NCBI GenBank assembly: GCA_041687695.1
Contig: JAWLBL010000003.1
Span: 55,660 to 119,659, forward strand
Source of the DNA: Myxococcota bacterium
Lineage (GTDB): Bacteria; Myxococcota_A; UBA9042; PHBI01; JAWLBL01
DNA: 64,000 bases
Direction: 5' to 3'
The position numbers and the translations under genes are program-made. Below are positions 19,534 through 28,747 of this stretch, in pieces. Within the stretch, counting starts at the first letter, position 1. Each line of letters starts with the position of its first letter. The notes below the pieces were generated by a model. The model ran no database searches and was not told where the DNA came from. It saw only the letters and a program-made list of their open reading frames with translations.

Positions 19534-20879
19534 TCCGCAGGATCCTCGCCACCCTGCTCCGCCGCGCCCACCGCCGCCTCGAGGCCGCCGACGCCGCCCC
19601 CCGCGCCGCCCAGGCCGCCGTCCACCGCCGCCTCGCCCGCGCCCTGGCCGGCACCCAGGCCGCCGCCCTCCACCCCGCCGCCGCCTGGGCCGACCTCGAC
19701 GCCTGGCGCGACCATGTCCGCCTCACCACCCACGCCGACTACGCCCCCCTCATCGCCCAGGCCCTCGCCGCCCCCCTCCCCGGCGCCTTCGAGCGCCGCC
19801 CCACCGCCGCCTTCGCCACGTCTACCAGCGGCGCCAAGCACACCCCCTACACCCGCGCCCACTTCGCCAGCCTCCGCGCCTTCCAATCCGCCGTCCTGGG
19901 CCAGGCCCTGGTCGGCCGCGATCTGACCGCCCTCCTCGACGGCCGCGCCCTGGTCGTCCAAGGCAGCCTCGAGCTCGCCCGCACCCCCGGCGGCGCCCTG
20001 ACCGGCTACTCGACCGCCCTCATGGTCGCCACCGCCCCCTGGATGTTGCGCCGCAGCATGAGCCCTCCGCTCGAGGTCCTGCGCGCCCCCGACCCGGCCA
20101 CCCGCCTGTCCGGCGTCCGCGACGCTCTCGTCACCGCCCGCCCCACCGCCCTGTCCGGCATCCCCGAGTACGTCGTCGGCGCCCTGCGCCACCTGCTCGC
20201 CGGCCCCGACGCCGAAGCCGTCCGCGACGCGCTGGCCGCCGTGCGCCTGTACGCCTGGTCCGGCACCCCGCTGGGCCCGCTGCGCGCCTTCCTGCAGGCC
20301 CACCTCGCCCCCGGCGCCGCCCTCTTCGACGCCGTCAGCGCCACCGAGGGCCCGCTGGGCGTGCAGGCCGAGGCCCCCGGCGTCTACCGCCTGGCCCTGC
20401 CGCACGTCCTGCTGCTGTTCGTCGCAACCGACGACCCCGACCACCGCGCCCTCGCCCACCAGCTGACGCCCGGCCGCGACTACGCCGTGCACCTGGGCAG
20501 CTTCTCGGGCCTTTCGGGCTACGCCACCGGCGACCGCGTCCACGTCCTGTCGACCGACCCGGTGCGCTTTGCCCTCCTGCCCCGCCAGCTCGACGTAGAG
20601 GCCGCCTGGCGTGCCCTCGGCCCCGAGACGACCGACTTCCGGCTCTTCCGCGACGCCACGGCCGGCCTCACGGCCCTGATCGAGCGCCCCAGCGCCCCCG
20701 ACGCCGCCGCGCTGGCCACCCTGGCCGCGCTGGCCGGCGCCTCGACGGCCACCGCGCACCTGCTGCCCCCCGGCCACCTCACCCGCGCCGCCTTCACCTT
20801 CAACCCCCTGGGCCTGGTCAAGCTCCCCTGGCTCTCCTCGCGTCCCGACCTCGCGGCGCGTATCCTGGCCCTGCCATGA
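19530..20879 (+). CDS. Second, divergent GH3 family protein
   Basis: Starts at a GTGA overlap. Contains LTTHADYAPLI, TSTSGAKHTPYT, LSGIPEY, VSATEG and GLSGYATGDRV. Confidence 0.75.
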   Translation: MIRRILATLLRRAHRRLEAADAAPRAAQAAVHRRLARALAGTQAAALHPAAAWADLDAWRDHVRLTTHADYAPLIAQALAAPLPGAFERRPTAAFATSTSGAKHTPYTRAHFASLRAFQSAVLGQALVGRDLTALLDGRALVVQGSLELARTPGGALTGYSTALMVATAPWMLRRSMSPPLEVLRAPDPATRLSGVRDALVTARPTALSGIPEYVVGALRHLLAGPDAEAVRDALAAVRLYAWSGTPLGPLRAFLQAHLAPGAALFDAVSATEGPLGVQAEAPGVYRLALPHVLLLFVATDDPDHRALAHQLTPGRDYAVHLGSFSGLSGYATGDRVHVLSTDPVRFALLPRQLDVEAAWRALGPETTDFRLFRDATAGLTALIERPSAPDAAALATLAALAGASTATAHLLPPGHLTRAAFTFNPLGLVKLPWLSSRPDLAARILALP

Positions 20880-21871
20880 CGACCGCCTCCCCCACCGCCC
20901 TGCGCGCCCAGGCCCGCGAGGGCGCCTACCCCGTCCCCGGGCGCCTCAACCTGGCCCTCACCCTGGCGCAGGTCGGCGGCTCGGTGGCCCTGCTCTGGCT
21001 GGCCTCGCACGCGACCAGCGCCCTCGTCCTCGCCCTGGCGGTGGCCGCCTTCGCCTTCCTGATGCAGATGGGCTTCTCGCTCATCCACGAGGCCGAGCAC
21101 GACAAGCTCCACCCCAGCCGCCTCGTCAACGACGCCCAGGGCGTCCTGCTGGCGGCCCTGTTCCCCGGCAGCTACCAGTTCATGAAGGTGGCCCACCTGG
21201 CCCACCACCGAAAGAACCGCGCCGACGCCGAGCTGGTCGACTACTGGCGCCCCGGTGAGCGGCCCTGGCTCAAGGGGCTGCAGTACTACCTGCTCATCTG
21301 CGGCCTGGTCTGGGTGGGCGTCCCGCTGCTCACCGTCGTCATCGCCCTGACGCCCGAGGCGTTGCTGCGCCGCAACAATCGGCCGGCCGGGGCCGCGCCC
21401 GCGGACGAGACCAAGGCCTCGTCGGCCCAGCTCTACCTGGCTTTTTTGCGCGAGGCCCGTCCCTGGCGCGTCCGCGCCGAGCTGGCCTTCACCCTGGCCC
21501 TGTGGTGGGCCCTGTTCGCCGGGCTGGGGCTGACCTGGTCGGCGGTCGGCTGGTGTTACGCCGCCTTCGCCTTCAGCTGGGCCAGCCAGCAGTACATCTA
21601 CCACATCCGCACCCCGCGCCATCTCGTCGAGGGGGCGCTGAACCTGCGCCTGCACGCGCCGCTGCGCCTGCTGTACCTGAACTTCAACTACCACCTGACC
21701 CATCACCGCGCCCCCAAGGTGCCGTGGCTGCACCTGCCCGCCGCGACCGGCGAGCCGCCGTCCCAGCCGTACTGGCGCACCTACCTGAGGCTGTGGGCCC
21801 CGCCGCAGCCCGTGGCGATGGCCCACCCGGTCGAGCACCAGACCAAGGGGCCGCTGCCGCCGCGCGCGTGA
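20876..21871 (+). CDS. Membrane fatty-acid desaturase family protein 2
   Basis: His boxes HEAEH, HLAHH and NYHLTHH. ATGA overlap with the upstream gene. Confidence 0.93.
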   Translation: MTTASPTALRAQAREGAYPVPGRLNLALTLAQVGGSVALLWLASHATSALVLALAVAAFAFLMQMGFSLIHEAEHDKLHPSRLVNDAQGVLLAALFPGSYQFMKVAHLAHHRKNRADAELVDYWRPGERPWLKGLQYYLLICGLVWVGVPLLTVVIALTPEALLRRNNRPAGAAPADETKASSAQLYLAFLREARPWRVRAELAFTLALWWALFAGLGLTWSAVGWCYAAFAFSWASQQYIYHIRTPRHLVEGALNLRLHAPLRLLYLNFNYHLTHHRAPKVPWLHLPAATGEPPSQPYWRTYLRLWAPPQPVAMAHPVEHQTKGPLPPRA

Positions 21872-21887
21872 GCCGCAGGCGGGGCGT

Positions 21888-22059
21888 CCGAGGCCGAGAG
21901 CGTGGCCGTGGCGGACCGGAGGCCGTGGCCGTGGCCGTGAGCCGTGGCCGAGGCCGTGAGCCGTGGCCGAGGCGGTGGCCGTGGCCGCGAGCCGAGGCCG
22001 TGAGCCGTGGCGGAGGCGGTGGCCGTGGGCGTGCCGTGAGCCGTGGCCGAGCCTGGCCG
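21888..22059. repeat. Degenerate (GCCGTG/GCCGAG)n hexamer tract
   Basis: Repeated gccgtg, gccgag and gccgtgagccgtggcc units fill the gap between two convergent genes. Confidence 0.85.
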
Positions 22060-22968
22060 TCAGGTCGCTGCGCTGGCCTGGGCGCGTAGCCAGGCGGCGA
22101 CGGCGCGCCACAGGGGTTGGCTGGCGGTCGAGGTGACGAGGCCCATGTGGTCGGGCGGGCGCTGGGCCAGCTCGGGGAGGTCGCCGCCGGGGCCGAGGCG
22201 CCAGCCGTGGCGGTGGGGCAGGCGGGCGCCGAAGGCCAGGGCCGCGGCGGGGCGGGCGAGCAGGCGGTCGCCGTCGCTGGAGACGTGCAGGACCGGGCAG
22301 CGCACGGCCTCGAGGCCGGCGTGGTAGTCGAAGCCGTCGCGGGCGTGCCAGCGGCCGGTGAAGGCGAAGCCGCACAGGTCGCGCCAGTACTCGGGGGCCT
22401 CGTCGGCCGGGCCGATGCGCAGCCGGCGCGCCGGCAGGTGCCCCGCGGCGCGGACCAGGCCGGTCGACAGGCGCAGGACGGAGGCCTTGGCCGCCCACAG
22501 GAGCGGCGAGGGCTCGAAGCGGCGCGCCCAGAGGCCGACGCCCACCGCCGCGAAGGCCGCCACCGGCGCGTCGGGGTGCCGCCCCAGCCAGGCCAGCGCG
22601 GTGTGGCCGAACAGGCTGTGGCCCAGCAGCGTCACCGGGCCGGCGTCCAGGCCTCGCGCCAGCTCCAGGTAGATCGCCGTGTCCGCCACGAGGTCGTCGT
22701 AGCCCCAGCGTCCGCCCTCGCGCGGGGTCGGCCCGCTGGCGCCGTGGCCGCGCAGATCGGGCACCAGCACCCGCAGCCCGGCGTCCACCAGCGCGCCCGC
22801 CAGGCTGGGCCGGTCGGGGTGCGCCAGGGTCCGCCGGTCGGCCATCATCGCGTGCCCGGCCACCACCACGCCCGCCGGGGTCCCTGCGGGCGCGTAGTCC
22901 AGCACGCTCAGCCGCCAGCCGTCGGCGGCGCGCAGCGTGTGAGTGGCCGGCTTCGGCAGCGTCGTCAC
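22060..22968 (-). CDS. Alpha/beta hydrolase
   Basis: LRAADGWRL, PDLRGHGAS, nucleophile elbow GHSLFG, SDGDRL and DHMG. GTG start overlaps the CapA stop. Confidence 0.85.
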   Translation of the reverse strand: MTTLPKPATHTLRAADGWRLSVLDYAPAGTPAGVVVAGHAMMADRRTLAHPDRPSLAGALVDAGLRVLVPDLRGHGASGPTPREGGRWGYDDLVADTAIYLELARGLDAGPVTLLGHSLFGHTALAWLGRHPDAPVAAFAAVGVGLWARRFEPSPLLWAAKASVLRLSTGLVRAAGHLPARRLRIGPADEAPEYWRDLCGFAFTGRWHARDGFDYHAGLEAVRCPVLHVSSDGDRLLARPAAALAFGARLPHRHGWRLGPGGDLPELAQRPPDHMGLVTSTASQPLWRAVAAWLRAQASAAT

Positions 22969-23885
22969 GCCGCGCCGCCCGCCGCGAAGCGCACTCGGCA
23001 CACCCGTGGGCCTCCGCGGTCCAGCCGCAGCTCGCGCAGCGCCACCCGCGCCAGCGCCGGCGCGCCGTCGACCTCGGTCAGCGACAGCTCGAGCAGCGCG
23101 CCCTCGCCCATGTCGCGCAGCTTCACCTCGGTCGCGAAGTTCCCCAGCGACCAGGCCACCACCCGCCCGTCGTCCAGCCGCTCGAGCGGCTGCGGCAGGT
23201 GGCTGTGGTGCCCCGCGATCAGCGCGTAGCCCGACGGCACCCGCGCGCGCTGCCCCGCCCGGGCCCGCCGCTCGAGCTCGTGCCCCCAGTGCGGGAACGC
23301 CAGGTGCACCCCCGGCTCGGCCGGAGCGCCGGGGTCGCGCCGCGCCACCATGGGCGCCGGGCCGTTGGCCCACTCGGTCCACGCGGTGACCGTCACGCCA
23401 GGCCGGAGCGTCACCCGAGGCCGCGCGGTGGCCCCGACGTGCGCGAAGCCGCCGGCCTCGAGCCGCCGCAGCGTCGCCTCGAAGGCCTGGGGCCCGTAGT
23501 CCGGCGCGTGGTTGTTGGCGACGCCCAGCACCCAGCGCGAAGGCGGCGCCAGGGCGGCCAGCCGGTCGAGCACGCTGGGCAGGTGCTTTTGCAGGAACGG
23601 GAACCACGGCGCGTCGGTGAAGACGCCCTCGAGGTTGGCGACCACGTGGTCGGCCCGGCCGATGGCCGCCGCCACGTCGGGCGCGACCTCGAGCCGCCGC
23701 CACATCAGCGGCATCACGTCGCCCAGCACCACCACCCGCGCGGTCACCGGCGCCTCGGCGGCCAGCACCACCTCGGCGTCCAGCGCGCCCGCCTTCAGCT
23801 CGGGCGTCGGCGCGCCGGCCCACATCCGCCACGCGAAGCCCGCCAGCTCACGCGCCGGGTACGGGCTCCGGGGCAGGCGGATCAC
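22965..23885 (-). CDS. CapA/PGA_cap metallophosphoesterase family protein
   Basis: GDVM, NLEG, ANNHAPDYG, PHWGHE, GHHSHLPQ and WSLGNF. Confidence 0.85.
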   Translation of the reverse strand: MIRLPRSPYPARELAGFAWRMWAGAPTPELKAGALDAEVVLAAEAPVTARVVVLGDVMPLMWRRLEVAPDVAAAIGRADHVVANLEGVFTDAPWFPFLQKHLPSVLDRLAALAPPSRWVLGVANNHAPDYGPQAFEATLRRLEAGGFAHVGATARPRVTLRPGVTVTAWTEWANGPAPMVARRDPGAPAEPGVHLAFPHWGHELERRARAGQRARVPSGYALIAGHHSHLPQPLERLDDGRVVAWSLGNFATEVKLRDMGEGALLELSLTEVDGAPALARVALRELRLDRGGPRVCRVRFAAGGAA

Positions 23886-25435
23886 TTGCCGGCGTTGGAG
23901 GCCGCGTCGCCCGCCTGCGCCGTCGGGGCGGCGTCGGGCGCGGAGGGCGCCTTGGGCTTGAACTTGTCGGGGTTGGCCTTGTACTCGGCCCGCCACTCGC
24001 CGAAGTACTTCTCGACGTTCGCGGCGTACTCGTCGCCCGACTCCTCGAGCAGCACCACGATCTGCTGCACCTTGGCGTCCAGCTCGATGGCGTCCAGCTG
24101 ACCGGCGGCGTGCTCGGCCTGCGCCTTGGCGACAAGATCCAGGCCCTGCGACGCGTTGGCGGCGAGGCGGCCCAGCGTCAGCTCCTCGCCCAGGAAGTCG
24201 TTCACCGAGACGTCTTCGGGCTTGCCGACCAGCTTGGCCAGCTCGTCGAGCTGCGGCTTGGCCTCGGCGCCCGCGGTGGCCTTGAGGCAGATGATGCTGA
24301 TGGCCCGCACGATGCGGTTGGGGTCGGCGACGCGCTTGGCGAAGGTGGGCGCCGCGGCCTTGGCGTGCCCGTGCTTGCGGAGATCCAGGCACAGGTCGAG
24401 CGCCGACTTGGCGGGGTCCTCCTCGGCCTGGTCGTAGATCTTGTCGTCGGCGAACGCGGTCAGCACCTCGTCCAGCTTGGCCGGCCCCTCGATCTGCACC
24501 AGGCTGACCGCCGCCAGCCAGCGGTCCTGCGGGTTGCTGCCCTTCATGACGTCGAGCAGCTCGGCCGACAGCGCGGCCGGCTTGGCCTTGACCGCCGGGT
24601 CCTCGCCCATCTCGATGGCCGCGTTGAAGGCCGCGGCGCGGATCTCGCCGTCGAGCTGGTCGTTGCGGTACAGCCGCATCAGGTAGGCGGCGGCCGCCGG
24701 GGTCTTCATGTTGCGCACCAGCTCGACGTGGTGCAGCTGCACGCCGATGCGCTCGTGGGTGAGCTCGAGGCCGCGCAGCAGCAGCTCGAGGGCCTGCGGG
24801 TCGCCGCCCTTGGCCAGGTACTCGGCCATGCGGTCGACGATGAAGCCGTGGCTGACCAGGATGGCCGCGCCCTGCCAGCCGTACTTGCCGAGGTCCGCGA
24901 TCTGGCCCGAGGTGATGCGCTGGCCGATCTTGTCCTGCACCTCGGCCTGCGGCGTCTCCCAGGTGATGTCGCCGAAGGTCCACGCCGCCACGCGCTGCTG
25001 GACCTGGTCCTTCTGCTCGGCCGTCAGGTAACGGTCGAGCATCATCATCAGCGCGTCCTTGGCGTCGTACTGGGCCTCGCTGCGCTTGTCGACGTGGTCG
25101 ACCAGCTCACGGAGCAGGCCCGCGACCACCGCGTCACGCTGGTCGCTCATGTCGTCGAGCATGTTGCGCACGCGCATCGGCTGCCCGCGCTCGACGACGA
25201 CCTCGAGCCCGCGGATGCGCGTCTCGAGCGGCTGCTTCGGGTCGGTGACCACCTCGGTCATCCGCTCGAGGCCGATCTCGTTGTGCGTCCACAGCTGCAG
25301 GTCTTCTTCCGTGACCGGCCCGTTGCACGCGGGCGACAGCGCCGCAGCGGACAGCATCGAGAGGCCCACGACCGCCCGGCCCACGCGGGCCGCGCGAGCG
25401 GGCAGGCGGGTCAGCGGGTTCCAGCGCAGCGACAT
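23882..25435 (-). CDS. Alpha-helical (HEAT/ARM-like) hypothetical lipoprotein
   Basis: Lipobox LSPAC, long amphipathic helical sequence and strong coding-type codon bias. Confidence 0.7.
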   Translation of the reverse strand: MSLRWNPLTRLPARAARVGRAVVGLSMLSAAALSPACNGPVTEEDLQLWTHNEIGLERMTEVVTDPKQPLETRIRGLEVVVERGQPMRVRNMLDDMSDQRDAVVAGLLRELVDHVDKRSEAQYDAKDALMMMLDRYLTAEQKDQVQQRVAAWTFGDITWETPQAEVQDKIGQRITSGQIADLGKYGWQGAAILVSHGFIVDRMAEYLAKGGDPQALELLLRGLELTHERIGVQLHHVELVRNMKTPAAAAYLMRLYRNDQLDGEIRAAAFNAAIEMGEDPAVKAKPAALSAELLDVMKGSNPQDRWLAAVSLVQIEGPAKLDEVLTAFADDKIYDQAEEDPAKSALDLCLDLRKHGHAKAAAPTFAKRVADPNRIVRAISIICLKATAGAEAKPQLDELAKLVGKPEDVSVNDFLGEELTLGRLAANASQGLDLVAKAQAEHAAGQLDAIELDAKVQQIVVLLEESGDEYAANVEKYFGEWRAEYKANPDKFKPKAPSAPDAAPTAQAGDAASNAGK

Positions 25436-25492
25436 CGTCTCTCCTCTTCGGACACCCGCGTCGACGCCTGCGGACGGGGGCCACGGAGGCGG

Positions 25493-25521
25493 ATGATCCG
25501 GCGCGCACTTCGGGGTGTCAA
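25493..25521 (-). promoter_or_regulatory. Possible sigma70-type promoter for the 25435 operon
   Basis: Minus strand TTGACA-17 bp-GATCAT. The -10 is imperfect. Confidence 0.35.
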
Positions 25522-25663
25522 GCGAGCGACGAGGCCCCGGCTACACTTTCGAGCCGTCCAAGTCGTTCCCTTCTCACCACTTTTCAAGCGGGGCCCGCTG
25601 CTCGTATGGTGGGGCCGGCTCGTCGGGACGCCCCCACAACCCCTGCCGAGCCGGGAGCGCAGG

Positions 25664-26266
25664 ATGGCCGTGAGGGAAGGCGACAGCGCGTCGAGCCGCC
25701 AACAGGCGCAGGAGCGCGAGCTGGCCGCGCTCGCCGCGGGCATCGAGGAGCTGAGGACCGCGTTCGAGCGCTACTTCATGGGCCTCGACCGCCTGCCGCC
25801 CCACAAGCAGCGCGAGCAGCTCGAGCGCGCCCTGCGCAACTCGGGCCTGGTGCGCGCCAAGAAGACCGCCCTGCGCTTCCAGTTCCAGAACCTGCAGCAG
25901 CGCATGACCAGCTACTGCGGCTACTGGGATCGCGTGCTGCGCATGATCGAGGAGGGCACCTTCCGCCGCGAGCGCGGCCAGGCGCCGCCCGCGCCGCCCG
26001 CGTCCGCCGCCGGCTCCAAGGCCCCGGCCGCCGAGCCCGCCCCGAGCGGCAAGGGGATGGACACGCTGTTCCAGGAGTGGACCCAGGCCCGCCGCGAGGC
26101 CGGCGTCGACCCGCACGGGTCGGTCACCTACGACCAGTTCCTGGCGCGCATGCAGGTCATGCGGGACCGCCACGTCCAGCAGTTCGGCTGCGCCGACGTC
26201 GAGTACGGCGTGCGCGTCAAGGAGGGCAAGGTCTCGCTCGTGGCGCGGCCCATCGGCAAGCGCTGA
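25664..26266 (+). CDS. MXAN_5187 C-terminal-domain-like protein
   Basis: LRTAFERYFMGLDRLPP...RFQFQNLQQRMTSYCGYWDR...EEG, and a C-terminal LFQEW...VEYGVRVKEGKVSLVARP. Confidence 0.75.
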   Translation: MAVREGDSASSRQQAQERELAALAAGIEELRTAFERYFMGLDRLPPHKQREQLERALRNSGLVRAKKTALRFQFQNLQQRMTSYCGYWDRVLRMIEEGTFRRERGQAPPAPPASAAGSKAPAAEPAPSGKGMDTLFQEWTQARREAGVDPHGSVTYDQFLARMQVMRDRHVQQFGCADVEYGVRVKEGKVSLVARPIGKR

Positions 26267-26275
26267 GGGGCCGGC

Positions 26276-26752
26276 TCAGGGCGAGGCGGCCGCCGTCGGC
26301 GCGGTCGCGAACTCGGGCCAGGTCGCCGGGGCCTCGTCCTCGTCGGGGACGGGCAGCGCGACCTCCTCCTCGCCGGTCAGCCGCCACGCGCCCTCGACGT
26401 AGGTCCAGCTCTGCCGGCGCCGCATGCGCTCGACCACCATGGCGGCGGCGCGGGTGTAGGCGATGTCGACCTCGACGATGGCCCGCTCGTCGCCGACCTC
26501 GATGGGGACCAGCTCGAAGTCCAGGATGTGCACCGACCGGGCGAGGCGCTCCATGGCCTGCACCCAGGCCTGGCGGCGCTCGGGCGGCAGGGCGCGGGCG
26601 GCGATCTCGTAGCGCTGCCAGCGGACGCCGTTGTGGTAGGCGAGCGTCGCGTCCTGCAGCTTCTCGCGCGGCGAGGTGTAGGCGTTGCAGGCGGCGGCCC
26701 CGGCGCCGAGGAGGGCGGCGAGGGCGAGCGGGACGAGCGGCAGGCGGATCAT
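26276..26752 (-). CDS. Hypothetical lipoprotein
   Basis: MIRLPLVPLALAALLGAGAAAC lipobox. ATGA overlap with the flippase stop. Confidence 0.75.
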   Translation of the reverse strand: MIRLPLVPLALAALLGAGAAACNAYTSPREKLQDATLAYHNGVRWQRYEIAARALPPERRQAWVQAMERLARSVHILDFELVPIEVGDERAIVEVDIAYTRAAAMVVERMRRRQSWTYVEGAWRLTGEEEVALPVPDEDEAPATWPEFATAPTAAASP

Positions 26753-28374
26753 CGGGGGCCTCGGCGACGCAGCACGGTCTGGACGTCCGCGCGGGTGATC
26801 TCGCCGGACAGGGCGAGGACGCCCAGCAGGATGAGGCCGGCGGCGAAGGCGCGCACGAAAATCGCCGGGACGGGGGGCAGGCCGAGGGCCAGCGCGTCGG
26901 GGGCGAGGCGGGCGGCGGCCAGGGCGACCGCGACGGCGGCGGCGACGCGCAGGAGCGAGGCGAGGGGCAGGGTGGCGCCGAAGCGGCGCAGGAGGATGAC
27001 CGCGGCGATGACGAGGCCGGTGGCGACGGCGGTCAGGGTGGAGAGGCCGGCGCCGGCCAGCACCGGGGCGCCGGGGGCGAGCAGGCGGGCGGCGGCGAGC
27101 AGCAGGGCGAGCTGCAGGACCAGGGTGAGGGCGCTGACGGCGAGCGCGTCGCGCGGGTGGCCGCCGGCGGTGAGCAGGGCGGTCGAGACCGACAGGAGGG
27201 CGAAGCAGCCCATGGCGGCGAGCAGCGGGTCGATGGCGACGCTGGCCAGCTGGTAGGCCGGGCCGAACAGGAGCAGGGCGAAGGGGGCGCCGGCGGCGGC
27301 GATGCCGGTCGAGACCAGGGCGACCAGCAGCAGGGCGGTGCGGAAGGCCTGGCGGATGGTGCGGGCGGTGGCGGCGCGGTCGGCGGCCGCGGTGGCGCGC
27401 GAGAGCATGGGGAAGACGACGAAGGTGAGGGCGACGACGCCCTGGTAGGAGACGAGGGCGAGGTTCTTGGTGGCGCGGAACAGGCCGGCCAGGCCCGAGG
27501 TGGTCTCGGTGACGAGCGAGAGCTCGAGGGCCGAGGGGGGCAGGCCGGTGGCGGTCGAGAGCCAGGCGAGGCCGGCCTGGGCGGGCGGGGTGCCGAGCAG
27601 GGCCAGGGTCGGGCCGTGGGTGGCGCCCTTGAGGGCGAGGACGTCGGCCTGCAGCAGGAGGTTGACCAGCAGGCTGGTGCCCATGACGTGGGCGACGAAG
27701 GCGCCGAGGGCGACCGGGGGGCCCGCGCGGGCGGCGCGGCGGGCGGGGCGGGTGAGCAGGCCGGCGGCGACGGCGACGGCGGCGGCGGCGAGGACGAAGC
27801 CGGTGAAGGCGCCGAGGATGTCGAAGCCGGCGAGGACCAGGCCGACGATGAGCGCGACCTTGAGGGTCGAGAACATCATGTCGAGCAGGGCCTGGGCGGC
27901 GAAGCGGCGCGAGCCGTTCAGGAAGCCGACGTGGGCGCCGTACAGGGCGTAGAGGAAGGGGACGCCGGCGGCGACGCGCAGGTAGGGGGCCAGGGTGGGG
28001 TCGTTGAAGGCGAGGGAGGCGATGGGCTCGGCCAGGGCGATGAGCGCGGCCGTGGCGATGGCGCCCATGAGGCCCAGGCGCCACAACCCCTGGCGCAGGG
28101 CCCAGCCGGCGTGGTCCGGGGCCTCGCTGACGCGCTTGGAGACGGCCTGCAGGGCGGCGGTGACCATCATCATGTTGACGACGGTGACGAAGCTGTTGAC
28201 GACGCCGTAGTCGCCGAAGCGGGCGGGGTCGCCGAGCAGGCGCGGCAGGCCGATGTTCAGGAAGGTCCCGCAGACCAGGAACCAGACCTTGGCGCCCGTG
28301 ATGAGCAGGAACCCGCGGCGCGCGAGGGAGGCCTCGGTGGGCGGCGCGGCGGCGGGCGCGGGGGCGGACGTCAT
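26749..28374 (-). CDS. MOP-superfamily (Wzx/MurJ/SpoVB-like) flippase
   Basis: LARRGFLLITGAKVWFLV, LPRLLGDPARFGDYG and many TM helices. Start MTSAP at 28374. Confidence 0.85.
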   Translation of the reverse strand: MTSAPAPAAAPPTEASLARRGFLLITGAKVWFLVCGTFLNIGLPRLLGDPARFGDYGVVNSFVTVVNMMMVTAALQAVSKRVSEAPDHAGWALRQGLWRLGLMGAIATAALIALAEPIASLAFNDPTLAPYLRVAAGVPFLYALYGAHVGFLNGSRRFAAQALLDMMFSTLKVALIVGLVLAGFDILGAFTGFVLAAAAVAVAAGLLTRPARRAARAGPPVALGAFVAHVMGTSLLVNLLLQADVLALKGATHGPTLALLGTPPAQAGLAWLSTATGLPPSALELSLVTETTSGLAGLFRATKNLALVSYQGVVALTFVVFPMLSRATAAADRAATARTIRQAFRTALLLVALVSTGIAAAGAPFALLLFGPAYQLASVAIDPLLAAMGCFALLSVSTALLTAGGHPRDALAVSALTLVLQLALLLAAARLLAPGAPVLAGAGLSTLTAVATGLVIAAVILLRRFGATLPLASLLRVAAAVAVALAAARLAPDALALGLPPVPAIFVRAFAAGLILLGVLALSGEITRADVQTVLRRRGPR

Positions 28375-28428
28375 CGCGCGTGTGATACCCGGGATCGGGG
28401 CGGGGAGCCAGAAGAGGGTGGGGCATAC

Positions 28429-28591
28429 GCCGTGGCCGAGGCGGTGACTGAGGCCGTGGCTGAGGCGGTGACTGAGGCCGTGGCTGAGGCGGTGGCGGTG
28501 GCCGTGGCGGTGGCCGTGGCCGTGGCCGTGACCGTGGCCGTGACCGTGGCTGAGGCCGAGGCCGAGGCGGTGGCCGTTACCGTGGCGGTGC
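28429..28591. repeat. Degenerate (GCCGTG/GCGGTG/GCTGAG)n hexamer tract
   Basis: In-phase hexamer array including a duplicated 24-mer gaggcggtgactgaggccgtggct. Same family and orientation as 21888-22059. Confidence 0.85.
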
Positions 28592-28747
28592 CACTGGACT
28601 GCACGAGCTCGCTCGTGCTCCGGCGTCGCGCAGCTCGCTGCGCGCGGGGTGGGGCGTCCGCTTGGGCCGGGCGAGGTGGGGTGGTATGCTGCCGCGTTCA
28701 CGAGGGCCCGGGCCGCGGATGGCGAACGACGAGGCGGAGCCGAGAGG

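Noticed and set aside
10694..21871. Aromatic-degradation operon suggested by the Rieske oxygenase
   Set aside because: No beta subunit, reductase, dihydrodiol dehydrogenase or ring-cleavage enzyme. The neighbours are ligases and tailoring enzymes.
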